IMG/VR virus record: IMGVR_UViG_3300024350_000252
Coordinates: 62,001-126,000 of that record
Strand: one strand, 5' to 3'
Length of the DNA: 64,000 nt
Part shown: piece by piece, positions 34,066-44,658 of the stretch
Position numbering within the stretch: position 1 is the stretch's first letter
Layout: each line of letters begins with the position of its first letter
The notes under the pieces: model-generated
Database searches by the model: none
The model's input: the letters and a program-made list of their open reading frames with translations, nothing else
What the model was told of the DNA's origin: nothing
Translations under genes and position numbers: made by a program

Positions 34066-35868
34066 TTATAAAATTATGGCTTCTACTATTTTTATTATTT
34101 CTCTATCATCCGAAGCTAATGCTATAGCGAAATTATCTAGTCTATCTGTAGCTGCTCGAGCTGTACCATCGGCAGCAGCTACTAATCTTTGACCTTTCTT
34201 GATCGGACCAACTACTTTAACTGGTACTCTTCCTTTTAATGCTACCGGCTGTCCTTCAGCTTCACTGTTCATCAGATAAGCTGGATTTTGTGAAATAACT
34301 CCTATAGCTCTATCACCGTCTTGGCAAGCAGTAACTTCGTATTCTCCTCCTACAACCATCACTGTGCCTACTTCATATTCTTTGTCAGTTTTATATATCT
34401 CAGCTAAATCGGCATAGTTAGCACTACTGGCTGTACCATTGAAAAACCTACCGTTAACATCACCGGAAGCAGTTCTTATTACTAGCGTATCACCGGTCTT
34501 GTTAACATCTGCTTGTCTGCCATTTACTGTTTGTGTATCTTTAGCTTGACCGTCAAATAATACAGCCTTGATCGCTCCCGAGGCGCTTCTTATTGGAATA
34601 GAAATAACTCCAGGATTAGCAATATCTAAAGGATCATATGTTCCTAACTTGCTAGCATTTACCGCAGATGTTGCTTGACCACTTAACGATCCTGTAAACT
34701 GTCCATAGAAATTGTCTGCTGTAAATGATCTAGTAGTGGCATTATACGCGGTAGTGCCAGCTGCGTTATTGATATTTCCGGTATGTGTGCCAGTAGTGTT
34801 GCCTGTAACATTACCTGTTAGATTACCAAAAAGAGACTGAGCATAGATATTTTTCCAATGTCTTGACGAAGCTCCAAGATTGATAGTTTCGGTATTTGCT
34901 GGGAATATCGCTTTGGCTGTAGTAATATCGTTAGTATCATACTGCTGCCTAGAGAAAATCATCATGTCATCTCTATCAGTAACTGAAGCAGCATTGCTGA
35001 TACGGAACAGTATTACACCGTTATTTTGATTTTCTATAGTTGGTTGGTTAGCTGTATTGATATAGATACGCAGATCTTTTCTTACAGTTAGATCACCAAG
35101 ACCAACAGTTAGACCTGCGCCAGAGAATGACACAGGATCGGCACCAGTGAATTGTTGTGCTGTACCTCCTGTGCTTCTAATAAAATCTTCTACTGGATGA
35201 CCACCTAGTCTTTCTGAATTACTAGCGGTACCCCAGAATCTATAACCCGAACTGTCACTAACTCCTGTATCTGATACAGAATTTAGTGTAACACCTTTCT
35301 TAATCTGCCTACCAGCTTCTGAAAAACCTGCGATACTATTAGTAGAAGATAAAGTAAAATCGGGATCATTACTAAAAACAGCAGTAGTAAGGCCGCCGAC
35401 CACAGCTTTCAATATAACATGGCTGGTATTATTAACGTCTTTAACTACCTGTGTAACAATCTGTGATGTACCAAAACCTGGTGCGCTCTGTGGTCCAATA
35501 AGCACAAAGCTAGATCCGTTCCATGCGCTCAGCTGATTTGTATTAGTATCAAACCAAAGATCTCCTTGTGAAAGCCCTGCTGGCGGACTGCTGGCTATTT
35601 CAGCACCACTTGCTGACTTAAACTTAGATCCATCATAAAACTTTAATTTCTTTGAGCTAGAATCATACCATATCTGACCGCTTACTGGCTTGCTAGGCTG
35701 TACAGTATTAGCGAAATTTTCCAATAGATATAGGAAATTTTCGTTTTGTATCTGCCCGTAGCCAGTATAATTCTTACCTACGAATTTTAAATCCGTAGAT
35801 GTATCAATAGAACCATCTTCTACATTAGTTAGAAAAGTTCCGTTATATCTATCTACTCTGTAAGTCAT
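34066..35868 (-). CDS. Tail fibre protein with C-terminal intramolecular chaperone (peptidase G2-like)
   Basis: Shared fibre N-terminus; YADLAE cleavage-type motif followed by GVIS..PAYLMN..VALKGRVPVKV. Confidence 0.8.
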   Translation of the reverse strand: MTYRVDRYNGTFLTNVEDGSIDTSTDLKFVGKNYTGYGQIQNENFLYLLENFANTVQPSKPVSGQIWYDSSSKKLKFYDGSKFKSASGAEIASSPPAGLSQGDLWFDTNTNQLSAWNGSSFVLIGPQSAPGFGTSQIVTQVVKDVNNTSHVILKAVVGGLTTAVFSNDPDFTLSSTNSIAGFSEAGRQIKKGVTLNSVSDTGVSDSSGYRFWGTASNSERLGGHPVEDFIRSTGGTAQQFTGADPVSFSGAGLTVGLGDLTVRKDLRIYINTANQPTIENQNNGVILFRISNAASVTDRDDMMIFSRQQYDTNDITTAKAIFPANTETINLGASSRHWKNIYAQSLFGNLTGNVTGNTTGTHTGNINNAAGTTAYNATTRSFTADNFYGQFTGSLSGQATSAVNASKLGTYDPLDIANPGVISIPIRSASGAIKAVLFDGQAKDTQTVNGRQADVNKTGDTLVIRTASGDVNGRFFNGTASSANYADLAEIYKTDKEYEVGTVMVVGGEYEVTACQDGDRAIGVISQNPAYLMNSEAEGQPVALKGRVPVKVVGPIKKGQRLVAAADGTARAATDRLDNFAIALASDDREIIKIVEAIIL

Positions 35869-35886
35869 CTTAGCTCCAGTTCCCTG

Positions 35887-35893
35887 TATTTAT
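35887..35893 (-). promoter_or_regulatory. Putative late promoter (ATAAATA)
   Basis: Intergenic, upstream of GGAG RBS and 35868 start. Confidence 0.55.
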
Positions 35894-35896
35894 TCG

Positions 35897-36364
35897 TTAG
35901 AGTTTTTGCTTTTGAGCTAAGATAGCTTGCTCTTGATCTTCATTTATCCATGTATAGGCATCCGGGTTTGACGCATATGCCTGTACCTGTTCTGCGTGTT
36001 GATTTCTAGCAGCATCAATAAACTCTTTCATAGCTATAAATTCGTCTGTTTTTACAGCTGAATTCTTATCTAACATATCTATAATAATATTCAGCTGCTT
36101 GTGTATAGGGTATTCTTTCAAAACAGTGACGTTTGTGTTATATTTTACATAAGATTCTGTAAGGACTGGTTTATCAGACCGAGATCTTACTTCACCTGTG
36201 CTGTAATCGCCATACCAATAATCACCAGCTTCGTCATCTATTTCTACAGTCTTGATAAGAAACTTATCTAGATTTAACTGCGACGAATCTGTATCTTGTG
36301 GAATTTCTCCTATTAGAGTTCCTGTACTTTTTATAAACAATAAATTTCTTTCTACTTTTGCCAT
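35897..36364 (-). CDS. Hypothetical protein, possible fibre assembly factor
   Basis: Between fibre genes; EYPI.KQL pattern. Confidence 0.7.
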   Translation of the reverse strand: MAKVERNLLFIKSTGTLIGEIPQDTDSSQLNLDKFLIKTVEIDDEAGDYWYGDYSTGEVRSRSDKPVLTESYVKYNTNVTVLKEYPIHKQLNIIIDMLDKNSAVKTDEFIAMKEFIDAARNQHAEQVQAYASNPDAYTWINEDQEQAILAQKQKL

Positions 36365-36365
36365 A

Positions 36366-36863
36366 TTATCCTACCTTCCCCCATGCTAGAACAAGGCTGT
36401 ATTTAGGCCTTTCATCTTGTTCAATTGTTGTCACTTCGTGCTCTAAGTGTATTGGCATGTCTAACAATGCGCCCGGTTCTTCTTCTACTACGAAACCGTT
36501 ACCATCTTTATCATACCATTTGAAATGAGGACGATCGCTCCTCAAAAAAACTAATTTAAATTTCCAATAACCCCCAACGCTGTCTTTATGTCTTAGCAAA
36601 TAATCACCGGGATCATATCTATTAATAGTGTAACTGGTCACAAAACGTCGATCATCTGGTATGGTTTTAAATATAGCATCTTTAAGATCGCTATCCATAT
36701 TAAAATAGAACAAACTCTTTAGCTGGCTATTTCCATATTGTGTGACAAAATTATGAGCCTCATCTTTTTCCCTTACAGAGAAACGATCTCTGTGCCTTTC
36801 AGCCAGTTCTATGATTTCGTCAACATTAGTGATATAGTTTTTAATCATATTAACCTGAGACAT
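36366..36863 (-). CDS. 2-oxoglutarate/Fe(II) oxygenase (prolyl-hydroxylase-like)
   Basis: INRYDPGDYL.RHKD (HxD), distal HEV, KYS in the RxS position. Confidence 0.8.
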   Translation of the reverse strand: MSQVNMIKNYITNVDEIIELAERHRDRFSVREKDEAHNFVTQYGNSQLKSLFYFNMDSDLKDAIFKTIPDDRRFVTSYTINRYDPGDYLLRHKDSVGGYWKFKLVFLRSDRPHFKWYDKDGNGFVVEEEPGALLDMPIHLEHEVTTIEQDERPKYSLVLAWGKVG

Positions 36864-38631
36864 ATTCCCAACTCGTTTGTGTACTGTTTATTCTATAGAT
36901 CAAAAGATTGTTTCTTGTAGGATTTTGTATAGTTGTAGTCACTGTAACACTTGAAACATAATTGATAGAAATCCATCTAGATGTTGAAGTAGCAACTGTC
37001 GATGATACATTCTGTATCGTACTTGCGATATGTGCTACTTTGTATGAAGGAAACGAAGTAGGCGGACATAGTTCGTTAAGGACAGATACTACTGAGCCAG
37101 CGGCTACACCTGTTATATCAAGTCCTCTAGTATCTAAGCTGAAAAACAATGGTATCTGAGATACTTGGGCATCAACATAACCTTTGTTAGCTGCGTGTAA
37201 ACTATTAGTAGGAGCACCAGGTAAAGTGATAGCACCAGTCATCACACCACCGGATTTAGGTAAAGCATACGGATCGATGATATCGATATTAGCTGTACCG
37301 TCGAATAATACTCCGTTGATGTATTTTCCGTTAATTAACCTAGATGCTGTATCAGCATTTCCGACTAATGAACCATAAAACTGTTTGGTACCATTGTTAA
37401 AAGCCATGCTATCATCGTTGGCGTAGAGATCTCCCTTAACATCACCTACCAATTTATCTATTAATGTAAGAGTATTAGCATTGATATTTGTGATATTGGC
37501 ATTTAATGATGATACTGTGTTAGTAGTTGCATCAAAAATCAGTGTATTATCAGCAGCTCTTACATTACCTTTATGGGTTCCTACTGTTGTACCTGTAAAT
37601 TGTTTAAGTACATTGTCTATCATCAATGTAGCATCACTGGCATATACATTACCTGTGATGTTACCAGTTACTTCACCATATATGTTAGCTGCGAATAGAT
37701 TCCTATATTTGAATAAAGAAGTACCTATATCGTAGGCGTTGTTTCTACCAGGAGTTAACCCTGCGGCAGAAAATACAACAACATCATTATTATCAGTACC
37801 AACTGTGATACGAACTTTGATATTATTACCAAGTGTGTTTTGTAGTACAGGAACATTGGTATTTTCGACAAATACCTTTAAATCAGCATCATTACCTACT
37901 GTGAAACCAGCATCATCGAAGGTAGATCCTGATCCTGTTCTCAACACAAAATCAGCGATAGGATGTCCTGCTAATTTGATAGAATCACTAGATGTACCCC
38001 AAAATCTAAAATTAGAAGTAGTTACTCCACTTATTGGTGTATCTTTGATCGTGATACCTTGGTTTATGCGTGAAAATCCCGGAATAACTGTAATGTTACC
38101 AATATCAAACGTATCATTGCTCATGATACCTATAACATTACTATCTGATATAATTTTAATAACAGGATGCGCTGTATTTCCATTGTCTCTAATAACATCA
38201 GATCTCAGTCTAGTTTCACCAAAACCGGGTGCTTGATCCGGACCAATAAGGACATAATTAGCACCATCCCAAACATTCATCTGTTTGTTAGTTTCATCAA
38301 ACCACAAAGCACCTTTATCTACTGCTGTTAGCCCTAAAGGTGCAGTAGTGCTGCTGTTCGAAATAGGCATCGTTCTCCACGCTGCGCTAGAATCATAAAA
38401 TTTTATCTTGTTTGTGGATTCGTCATACCAGATCTGTCCAATAACCGGACGCCTTGGTTGTGTTGTACCTCTAAAATTTTCTAGTAGATGTAGAAAGTTT
38501 TCATTTTCTATCGTACCATATCCAGCATAGTTCTTTCCAATAAATTTAATATCACTAGAAGAACTATCGACAGATTGATCTTTTACTTCTACAAAAAATG
38601 TTCCGTTATATCTATAAACTTGATATGCCAT
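36850..38631 (-). CDS. Tail fibre-like structural protein (paralog)
   Basis: Shared N-terminus GKNYAGYG..ENENF.HLLENF...GQIWYD; G.A.TA..L fibre repeats; HAANKGYVD. Confidence 0.8.
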   Translation of the reverse strand: MAYQVYRYNGTFFVEVKDQSVDSSSSDIKFIGKNYAGYGTIENENFLHLLENFRGTTQPRRPVIGQIWYDESTNKIKFYDSSAAWRTMPISNSSTTAPLGLTAVDKGALWFDETNKQMNVWDGANYVLIGPDQAPGFGETRLRSDVIRDNGNTAHPVIKIISDSNVIGIMSNDTFDIGNITVIPGFSRINQGITIKDTPISGVTTSNFRFWGTSSDSIKLAGHPIADFVLRTGSGSTFDDAGFTVGNDADLKVFVENTNVPVLQNTLGNNIKVRITVGTDNNDVVVFSAAGLTPGRNNAYDIGTSLFKYRNLFAANIYGEVTGNITGNVYASDATLMIDNVLKQFTGTTVGTHKGNVRAADNTLIFDATTNTVSSLNANITNINANTLTLIDKLVGDVKGDLYANDDSMAFNNGTKQFYGSLVGNADTASRLINGKYINGVLFDGTANIDIIDPYALPKSGGVMTGAITLPGAPTNSLHAANKGYVDAQVSQIPLFFSLDTRGLDITGVAAGSVVSVLNELCPPTSFPSYKVAHIASTIQNVSSTVATSTSRWISINYVSSVTVTTTIQNPTRNNLLIYRINSTQTSWEYVSG

Positions 38632-38642
38632 CTGTCGCTCCG

Positions 38643-40463
38643 TTATGTCTTAATACATGGTAGCAATGCTACGTTTCTTGGTCTTGTTTCTGTGTTGCCA
38701 CCCGGCTCAGTCCTGCCTAAGGCATAACGAGCTCCGTAATCTGCGTCTTCGTCATACATGAAATACTGATCATCTGGATAAGGATAGTTTTTATTACCAT
38801 TTCTATCTGTCCAATCTGATGCTCCATCATCTTCAAACCCATATACATCTTTGAAATCGTGTGTATGTGGTCCCACATCTGCGGACTGTCTTGTACCTAA
38901 CACTCGACCAGTGTCTACTCCACGTCCTATGTCTAACCCTCTAATAAACTCACCACGTAGATCTGGAAGGTTAAAGGTGTTTACACCGTCGCCCGATCCC
39001 CATATGGTACTAATAGCTGCGAATAAATTAGGATAATCGGTCCTAGATACTGCGGTACCATCACAGATCAACCACCCAGTTGGCGGAACTGCCATAGCAA
39101 AATATGCCACTTGACCAGTAGTACCATTAGGTGCGCTGATCCAAGTGCCGCCTGTAGAAGTTAAAACATTTCCCTGTGTCCCTGGGGCTACAAAATTAAC
39201 ATTACCGGCCCCTGCGCCTAGTAAAACATTGCCTGTAGTTAATGAACTTCTTCCAGTTCCGCCATGGGGTACTGATAGTATATTTGTAACTTGATTGCTA
39301 AGGTCTATGACAGGTGTGCCCCACACTGGAGGTTGATTAGCTCCTTGGGATTTTAAAATATATCCTATCGTGCCTGCTGATCCATTAGTTACTAATTGGT
39401 CGCTTATCGTTATAGAAGTAAATGTTGCTGTACTAGGAGTTATATTTCCCACCACACCGTTGTGCTGACCTGTAGTATTACCTGTTAGATTACCTTGTAC
39501 ATCTCCTTGTAGATCACCAGTAAATCCAAGACTAGCAGATACACTAGTACCGGTTACAGCACCTTGTACTGGTCCATAATGTGTACCTGTGGTATTACCT
39601 GTTAGATCTGCGGTTATCCTGCTAGCAGAAAAATTACCTAGAGAATCTCTAGACACTATCGTGTCATCTACATTGTTTGCTGTGGCATTGATAGACCAAG
39701 TAATTTCTGAACTACCATCAAATCTAGAACCCTGTATAAATTGACTAGCGTTGATACCGTATGGTGTTAGAGCTTTGATCGTTATGTTTGCGGTGCCATC
39801 AAATGCTACACCATTAATATTTTTAGGTGCTGCTAATTTAGTAGCGGTATCAGCATTACCGACAACGTCGCCGCGCAATTTACTTGAAGAACTGACTGTT
39901 ATACCCTTACTCAACTGATCGAATCCAGGTACAGCATCTAATGCGTTGATGGTAAAATCTCTTTCTGCTGTTATCGCTACCACTGTATCATTTAATGTAG
40001 ACAAAATAACTGGATGATATGATCCAGTAGTATCTCTTAATTTTGTAGATATATTTCTTGTTTTTCCGTAACCTGCGACACTTTCTGCTCCAACAAAAAC
40101 AAATTGAGTTCCGTCATAGACATAAAATTTATTGTCTGTTGTATCTAACCATCCATCGCCGGGCGCAGCTTCTGTTGGTTCTGTTGCGCTGATAACGGTA
40201 TTACCAACTATAGTCCAAGTAGGACCTGTGTTTACCCTCAGTCTCTTAGTCGATGCATCGTACCAAATTTGTCCTACTAGTGCCTTTGGTGGAGCATTAT
40301 TTCCTGCGAAGTTTTCTAACAGGAATACAAAATTTTCATTTTGTATTTCTCCATACCCGGCAAAGTTTTTACCTATAAGGCCAATGCTGGTACTTCGATC
40401 TAATGTACCATCATCTAGTTGGACTAGTTTATCTCCGTTGTATTTGTTAATCTGATATGCCAT
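38643..40463 (-). CDS. Tail fibre with tail-collar domain
   Basis: Shared N-terminus; GWLICDG.AVSRTDYPNLFAAI...FNLPDLRGEFIRG; ETRPRNVALL. Confidence 0.85.
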   Translation of the reverse strand: MAYQINKYNGDKLVQLDDGTLDRSTSIGLIGKNFAGYGEIQNENFVFLLENFAGNNAPPKALVGQIWYDASTKRLRVNTGPTWTIVGNTVISATEPTEAAPGDGWLDTTDNKFYVYDGTQFVFVGAESVAGYGKTRNISTKLRDTTGSYHPVILSTLNDTVVAITAERDFTINALDAVPGFDQLSKGITVSSSSKLRGDVVGNADTATKLAAPKNINGVAFDGTANITIKALTPYGINASQFIQGSRFDGSSEITWSINATANNVDDTIVSRDSLGNFSASRITADLTGNTTGTHYGPVQGAVTGTSVSASLGFTGDLQGDVQGNLTGNTTGQHNGVVGNITPSTATFTSITISDQLVTNGSAGTIGYILKSQGANQPPVWGTPVIDLSNQVTNILSVPHGGTGRSSLTTGNVLLGAGAGNVNFVAPGTQGNVLTSTGGTWISAPNGTTGQVAYFAMAVPPTGWLICDGTAVSRTDYPNLFAAISTIWGSGDGVNTFNLPDLRGEFIRGLDIGRGVDTGRVLGTRQSADVGPHTHDFKDVYGFEDDGASDWTDRNGNKNYPYPDDQYFMYDEDADYGARYALGRTEPGGNTETRPRNVALLPCIKT

Positions 40464-40483
40464 TTCGTTCGCCCGTTTTTATT

Positions 40484-42460
40484 TTAAGTCCTATCAAAAG
40501 TTGAGATAGCTAAATCGTAAGGATTAGGTTCTTCAACTAGAGGAGTTAACTGAGTCCAAGTAAGTGATCCGCCCGGAGCCGAAAGTTGGAACTCCCAGTA
40601 ACCTCTTACAATGTACATTCTTGGTGGTTGTTTATTTTCTGGAACAGTACCAGATGCTGAACTGCCTGATACTCCAAGCGTCACCGGTACCGATGAAACA
40701 TTTTCTAAGTAGTATCTATAAGTGGCTATTCTAGCTATAGTACCCGGATCATACTCTGCCGGAGGTGCTATCTGTGCTAAAATACTAGCCATCTTGGTCT
40801 GTGTTATCACAGTTTCAGGTGTTGGATAGCCTCCAAAAATATCAGTTATATCCATCGACAATGGTATGTTTCTTGTTCTTACAAGATTATTAACGTATTT
40901 TTTATTTGTGGCTTCTGACAGTTCTGTCGAACTTAGCAATGAAGAAGATTCTGTTGTCTGTCTAGTACCTACACTATCTTCATTAGTGTTATGTATGCCC
41001 ACTATCTTCACATTAGAACCAATAACGTTGATATCACCTAACGGTTCTATTTCTAGATTAGTTGGAACAGCCGGATCGTTATTTGAGTATAATCCTGTTC
41101 TTCCGTTATTGGCTATCCTATTATTGTTTAAAGTGATATTGTCTATTACAGCCTGTATCTGAGCACCAAAATTAGATAGACCAGGAGCATTAATAACAGC
41201 AGAAGTTAGTGTTATGCCGGCGCCTGTATCTTCAATAATCGGAATGCCGTTGATACTAATAGTTCTATTAGAACCATTTACACTAATATTTTCACTAAAA
41301 TTCCAAGTATCAGTAAGATTATCCCATAGTATTGTATGGTTTGTTGTACCTTTTAAAATTAGACCACCGCCATCGGCATAAGCATCTGTGGATACTCCTC
41401 CAGACACATTAGCTAATTCTATATTCCTATCATCTACTTTTAATGTTGTACTTTCAACTGTGGTAGTTGTACCTTGTACATCAAGATTTCCAACTATGGT
41501 AACATTACCACCTATAGTGGTAATACTCGATGGGTTACCTGGCATTAACTCTAAAGTATCTACGTTGCCAGATACAAAAGTATTGTATGGTTGTATTTCT
41601 ATAAAAGAAATGTTACTATTGTTCTTGTTTAATTTTACAGAAAACTTTTTATTATTGGCAATGTTTCTAATATAGATATCACCGAAGCCGTCAACTCCTA
41701 ATTGACCTTGCGGACCATCACCCCATCTTATTCCGCCATTATTACTGACTGTTAATACTTCTGTAAAAATATTACCTTGATCTTTTCTAGCAAAATAGAT
41801 AGAATTGATATTACCAAGAGAATCAGAATTAGAAGCGGTTCCATGCCATTTTACATCCGAGTTAATCGGGTTGAAACCAATCTTAACTGATGTTTGATTA
41901 GCACCGGTGCTATCTTTAAAATTGGGAATTTGATTTCTAGTAGTAAATTCTGTACTACTGAAAAATCCCTGTAATGAATTTGAAACATATACAGCAGCTA
42001 TAGTTCTGTTTCTTCTAGACGAATCTTCAATAGTTTCTATTTTTACACCACTTAAACTCTGAGCGGTGCTATAAGCTGGGCCTATCAAAACATCGGCCAA
42101 TCCGGTAAAGAAATATAGTTGATTGTCACTAGTGTTGTACCAAAAGTCACCTGTACCAACATCTAACGGCCTTGCCGCAGAAAGTGCTGTGCTACCTACT
42201 GAACGCCATTGAGTTCCTGAGTAAACTTTTATTCTATTTTCAGTAGTGTCATACCATAACTGCCCTATCAACGGTGATGCAGGCGAAGATCCTGCGCTGG
42301 CAAAATTTTCTAAAATTTGTACAAAATTTTCGTTGATGTACTGACCAAAGCCGCTGAAATTTTTTCCTACCAATGTAATAGAAGTTGACGCAGTATCTAT
42401 CTGCCCGTCAGCTACTGTTGCTATCGTCGTTCCGTCTGTTTTAGTTAAGATGTATGACAT
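40484..42460 (-). CDS. Tail fibre/baseplate-associated structural protein (paralog)
   Basis: Shared N-terminus; GNL.VQGTTTTVES...DRNIEL and ATNKKYV motifs. Confidence 0.8.
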   Translation of the reverse strand: MSYILTKTDGTTIATVADGQIDTASTSITLVGKNFSGFGQYINENFVQILENFASAGSSPASPLIGQLWYDTTENRIKVYSGTQWRSVGSTALSAARPLDVGTGDFWYNTSDNQLYFFTGLADVLIGPAYSTAQSLSGVKIETIEDSSRRNRTIAAVYVSNSLQGFFSSTEFTTRNQIPNFKDSTGANQTSVKIGFNPINSDVKWHGTASNSDSLGNINSIYFARKDQGNIFTEVLTVSNNGGIRWGDGPQGQLGVDGFGDIYIRNIANNKKFSVKLNKNNSNISFIEIQPYNTFVSGNVDTLELMPGNPSSITTIGGNVTIVGNLDVQGTTTTVESTTLKVDDRNIELANVSGGVSTDAYADGGGLILKGTTNHTILWDNLTDTWNFSENISVNGSNRTISINGIPIIEDTGAGITLTSAVINAPGLSNFGAQIQAVIDNITLNNNRIANNGRTGLYSNNDPAVPTNLEIEPLGDINVIGSNVKIVGIHNTNEDSVGTRQTTESSSLLSSTELSEATNKKYVNNLVRTRNIPLSMDITDIFGGYPTPETVITQTKMASILAQIAPPAEYDPGTIARIATYRYYLENVSSVPVTLGVSGSSASGTVPENKQPPRMYIVRGYWEFQLSAPGGSLTWTQLTPLVEEPNPYDLAISTFDRT

Positions 42461-42462
42461 TA

Positions 42463-44655
42463 TTATTGAGTTCCATCGTTACTTGGTCTACCAGATCTAA
42501 TAATATAATTCATAGTCATGAATGGATTCATTACGTTAAATGGTCTACCTATTTGTGAATCAACCAAACCAGAAACACGTTTATCTTCATTAGCAATTCT
42601 TACTAGTCCAGTAGATGCCATAGCTTGGCCGCCGCCAATAACTGTGCCTGCTTTGATCCTTGAGTTTGCTTGTCCCGAACCACCAATTAATGTAGTTGGT
42701 CCAAAATCTGTCGGAACCGATGTGTTTTCGTTAATAACATAAAATTGCGATCCCGAAGTTTGGTTGTCTGCTCTTCTTCCTTTTAAATCATGGTCATGAT
42801 CTGGAATATTATATGGTTCTATGACATACTGATCTTTACCACTAGTGCCTCCTAGAACACTAGCTTTAGAATCGTTGACTAGAGGAGTAACCAAAGCACC
42901 GCCACCAGCACTAGGGCTGCTAGTACCGCCCGGATAAGGTACAGTCAGCGCATTATACATATCCTGCTTACCTAACACTAATCTTCCACGAAGATCCGGC
43001 AATCTAAAAGTATTTCCTTTTGGCGATCCTAGCAGCGGAGTAGTACCGTTGTATATGGTTCCTACTACAGCAGCTAAATCTCTATATCTATATTCTTCTA
43101 CTTCTGATCCGTCGCAGAACAAATAACCTGTTGGACAAACTGGTCCAGCAAATGCTAATATTGTTCCAATAGGCACGTTAGCATCTCCTAAGAATGTGTC
43201 TCTAGTGATTTTTCTTAGACCTTGACCTGCTCTATAAATCAACATTTCGTCGTTGACTTGATAATTTCCTACAGATGCCTTATTAGAAATAATGTCAGAT
43301 GTTAGTGTAGTTGTAAAGACTTTATTAAGGTTACCTGTACCGTTAAATGCCACAACGTTACTAGACACGTCACCTTCCAATTTAAAATTAGTAGCCGATC
43401 TTAAGCTGGTAGCTGAATTTGAGTTTCCATCGATATTACCACTAACTGTACCTGTAATTGTATCAGCTACTACATTTCTAGCATAAATGGTAGCATATCT
43501 ATTAGTCGCTTCACCTATTGTTTCTGATGCTGTACGTGGTTTGATGGATTTTGTTCTAAGTGTACCGTTTTGTATTTCAACATCACCACCTACCCAAATG
43601 TTTTTCTTAACTGCCATACCACCCAGTGTCTGTATAGATCCACTGTCAAGATTAGTAGCATCTATTTCAGAACCGTTAGTGATAGTGCCTACTAGATTAA
43701 AATCTCCTACAAGATCTAATTGCTTTGTAGGATTAAGATTATTAATACCTACTCTATTTTCTACCACACGTACAATAGGTGTTCCAACACCAAAAGATCC
43801 TGTTCTACTAGGCTGTATGTCTATGCTGGCACCGGGTGTAGCATTATAGATTACAGCATTAGCCGATGTTACACTGATGTTTAAATTACCATTAGCACCA
43901 ACGTATATACCCGCATCATCTCTAACGTTAAACTGTGCTTGTACAGTTTGAATAGTATCTGTTCTAACAAAACTTGTAGCCGGAACTATAGTGGTTCCGT
44001 ATAAAAGACTATCGGCGCTAGTAGCTGTACCAACGAATCTAGGAGACACAGTAGTACTAGATATATCAGTTCTAGTTGTTAGATTGACACCAGTTTGTAT
44101 ACTGGTAAAGCCCTGTATGGTAACTTTAGGTGTAAAGGTATCTTTACTGATGATAGCAACAGGAATATCGTCTGTATACATGACCACAACTGATCTAGGA
44201 TTGTTGTCAATATCAAATAAACTTTCAACTTGCGGTCCAGTTTTAGTTCCTGAACTGTATTGAGGTCCCACCAAAACCCAGGATGTACCTGCCCACAGAT
44301 ATAATTGTTGTGTACTGGCGTTTACCCATAGATCACCAATAGTAGCACCGGATGGTTCATTGACTGCTGTCTGGATGTTACTAGTTGATTTCCAGCTAAT
44401 ACCATCAAATACAAATAATTTATTGTTACCGGAATCATACCAAAGCTGTCCTGTAACAGCTTTAGCTACATCTGGAGCACTATCGCTAGCAAAATTTTCT
44501 AATAAGTGTAATAGGTCTTCTGAAATAATCTTGGCGTACCCGACTTGGTTCCTACCAGGAAAAGACAAGCTAGTATCTTGATTAGTAGTATTATCTTGTA
44601 CTACCAATGGCTCAGGATGTAGCGTGGAATTTGTGAAATTTACGTTATATGACAT
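42463..44655 (-). CDS. Tail fibre with tail-collar domain
   Basis: Shared N-terminus; PIGTILAFAG...GYLFCDG...TFRLPDLRGR; MNPFMTMNYII. Confidence 0.85.
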   Translation of the reverse strand: MSYNVNFTNSTLHPEPLVVQDNTTNQDTSLSFPGRNQVGYAKIISEDLLHLLENFASDSAPDVAKAVTGQLWYDSGNNKLFVFDGISWKSTSNIQTAVNEPSGATIGDLWVNASTQQLYLWAGTSWVLVGPQYSSGTKTGPQVESLFDIDNNPRSVVVMYTDDIPVAIISKDTFTPKVTIQGFTSIQTGVNLTTRTDISSTTVSPRFVGTATSADSLLYGTTIVPATSFVRTDTIQTVQAQFNVRDDAGIYVGANGNLNISVTSANAVIYNATPGASIDIQPSRTGSFGVGTPIVRVVENRVGINNLNPTKQLDLVGDFNLVGTITNGSEIDATNLDSGSIQTLGGMAVKKNIWVGGDVEIQNGTLRTKSIKPRTASETIGEATNRYATIYARNVVADTITGTVSGNIDGNSNSATSLRSATNFKLEGDVSSNVVAFNGTGNLNKVFTTTLTSDIISNKASVGNYQVNDEMLIYRAGQGLRKITRDTFLGDANVPIGTILAFAGPVCPTGYLFCDGSEVEEYRYRDLAAVVGTIYNGTTPLLGSPKGNTFRLPDLRGRLVLGKQDMYNALTVPYPGGTSSPSAGGGALVTPLVNDSKASVLGGTSGKDQYVIEPYNIPDHDHDLKGRRADNQTSGSQFYVINENTSVPTDFGPTTLIGGSGQANSRIKAGTVIGGGQAMASTGLVRIANEDKRVSGLVDSQIGRPFNVMNPFMTMNYIIRSGRPSNDGTQ

Positions 44656-44658
44656 TTA

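Noticed and set aside
34066-44655. Shufflon or diversity-generating retroelement acting on the fibre paralogs
   Set aside because: The paralogs are similar in protein sequence but diverged in DNA; no identical inverted repeats, template/variable repeat pair, invertase or RT are in the window.
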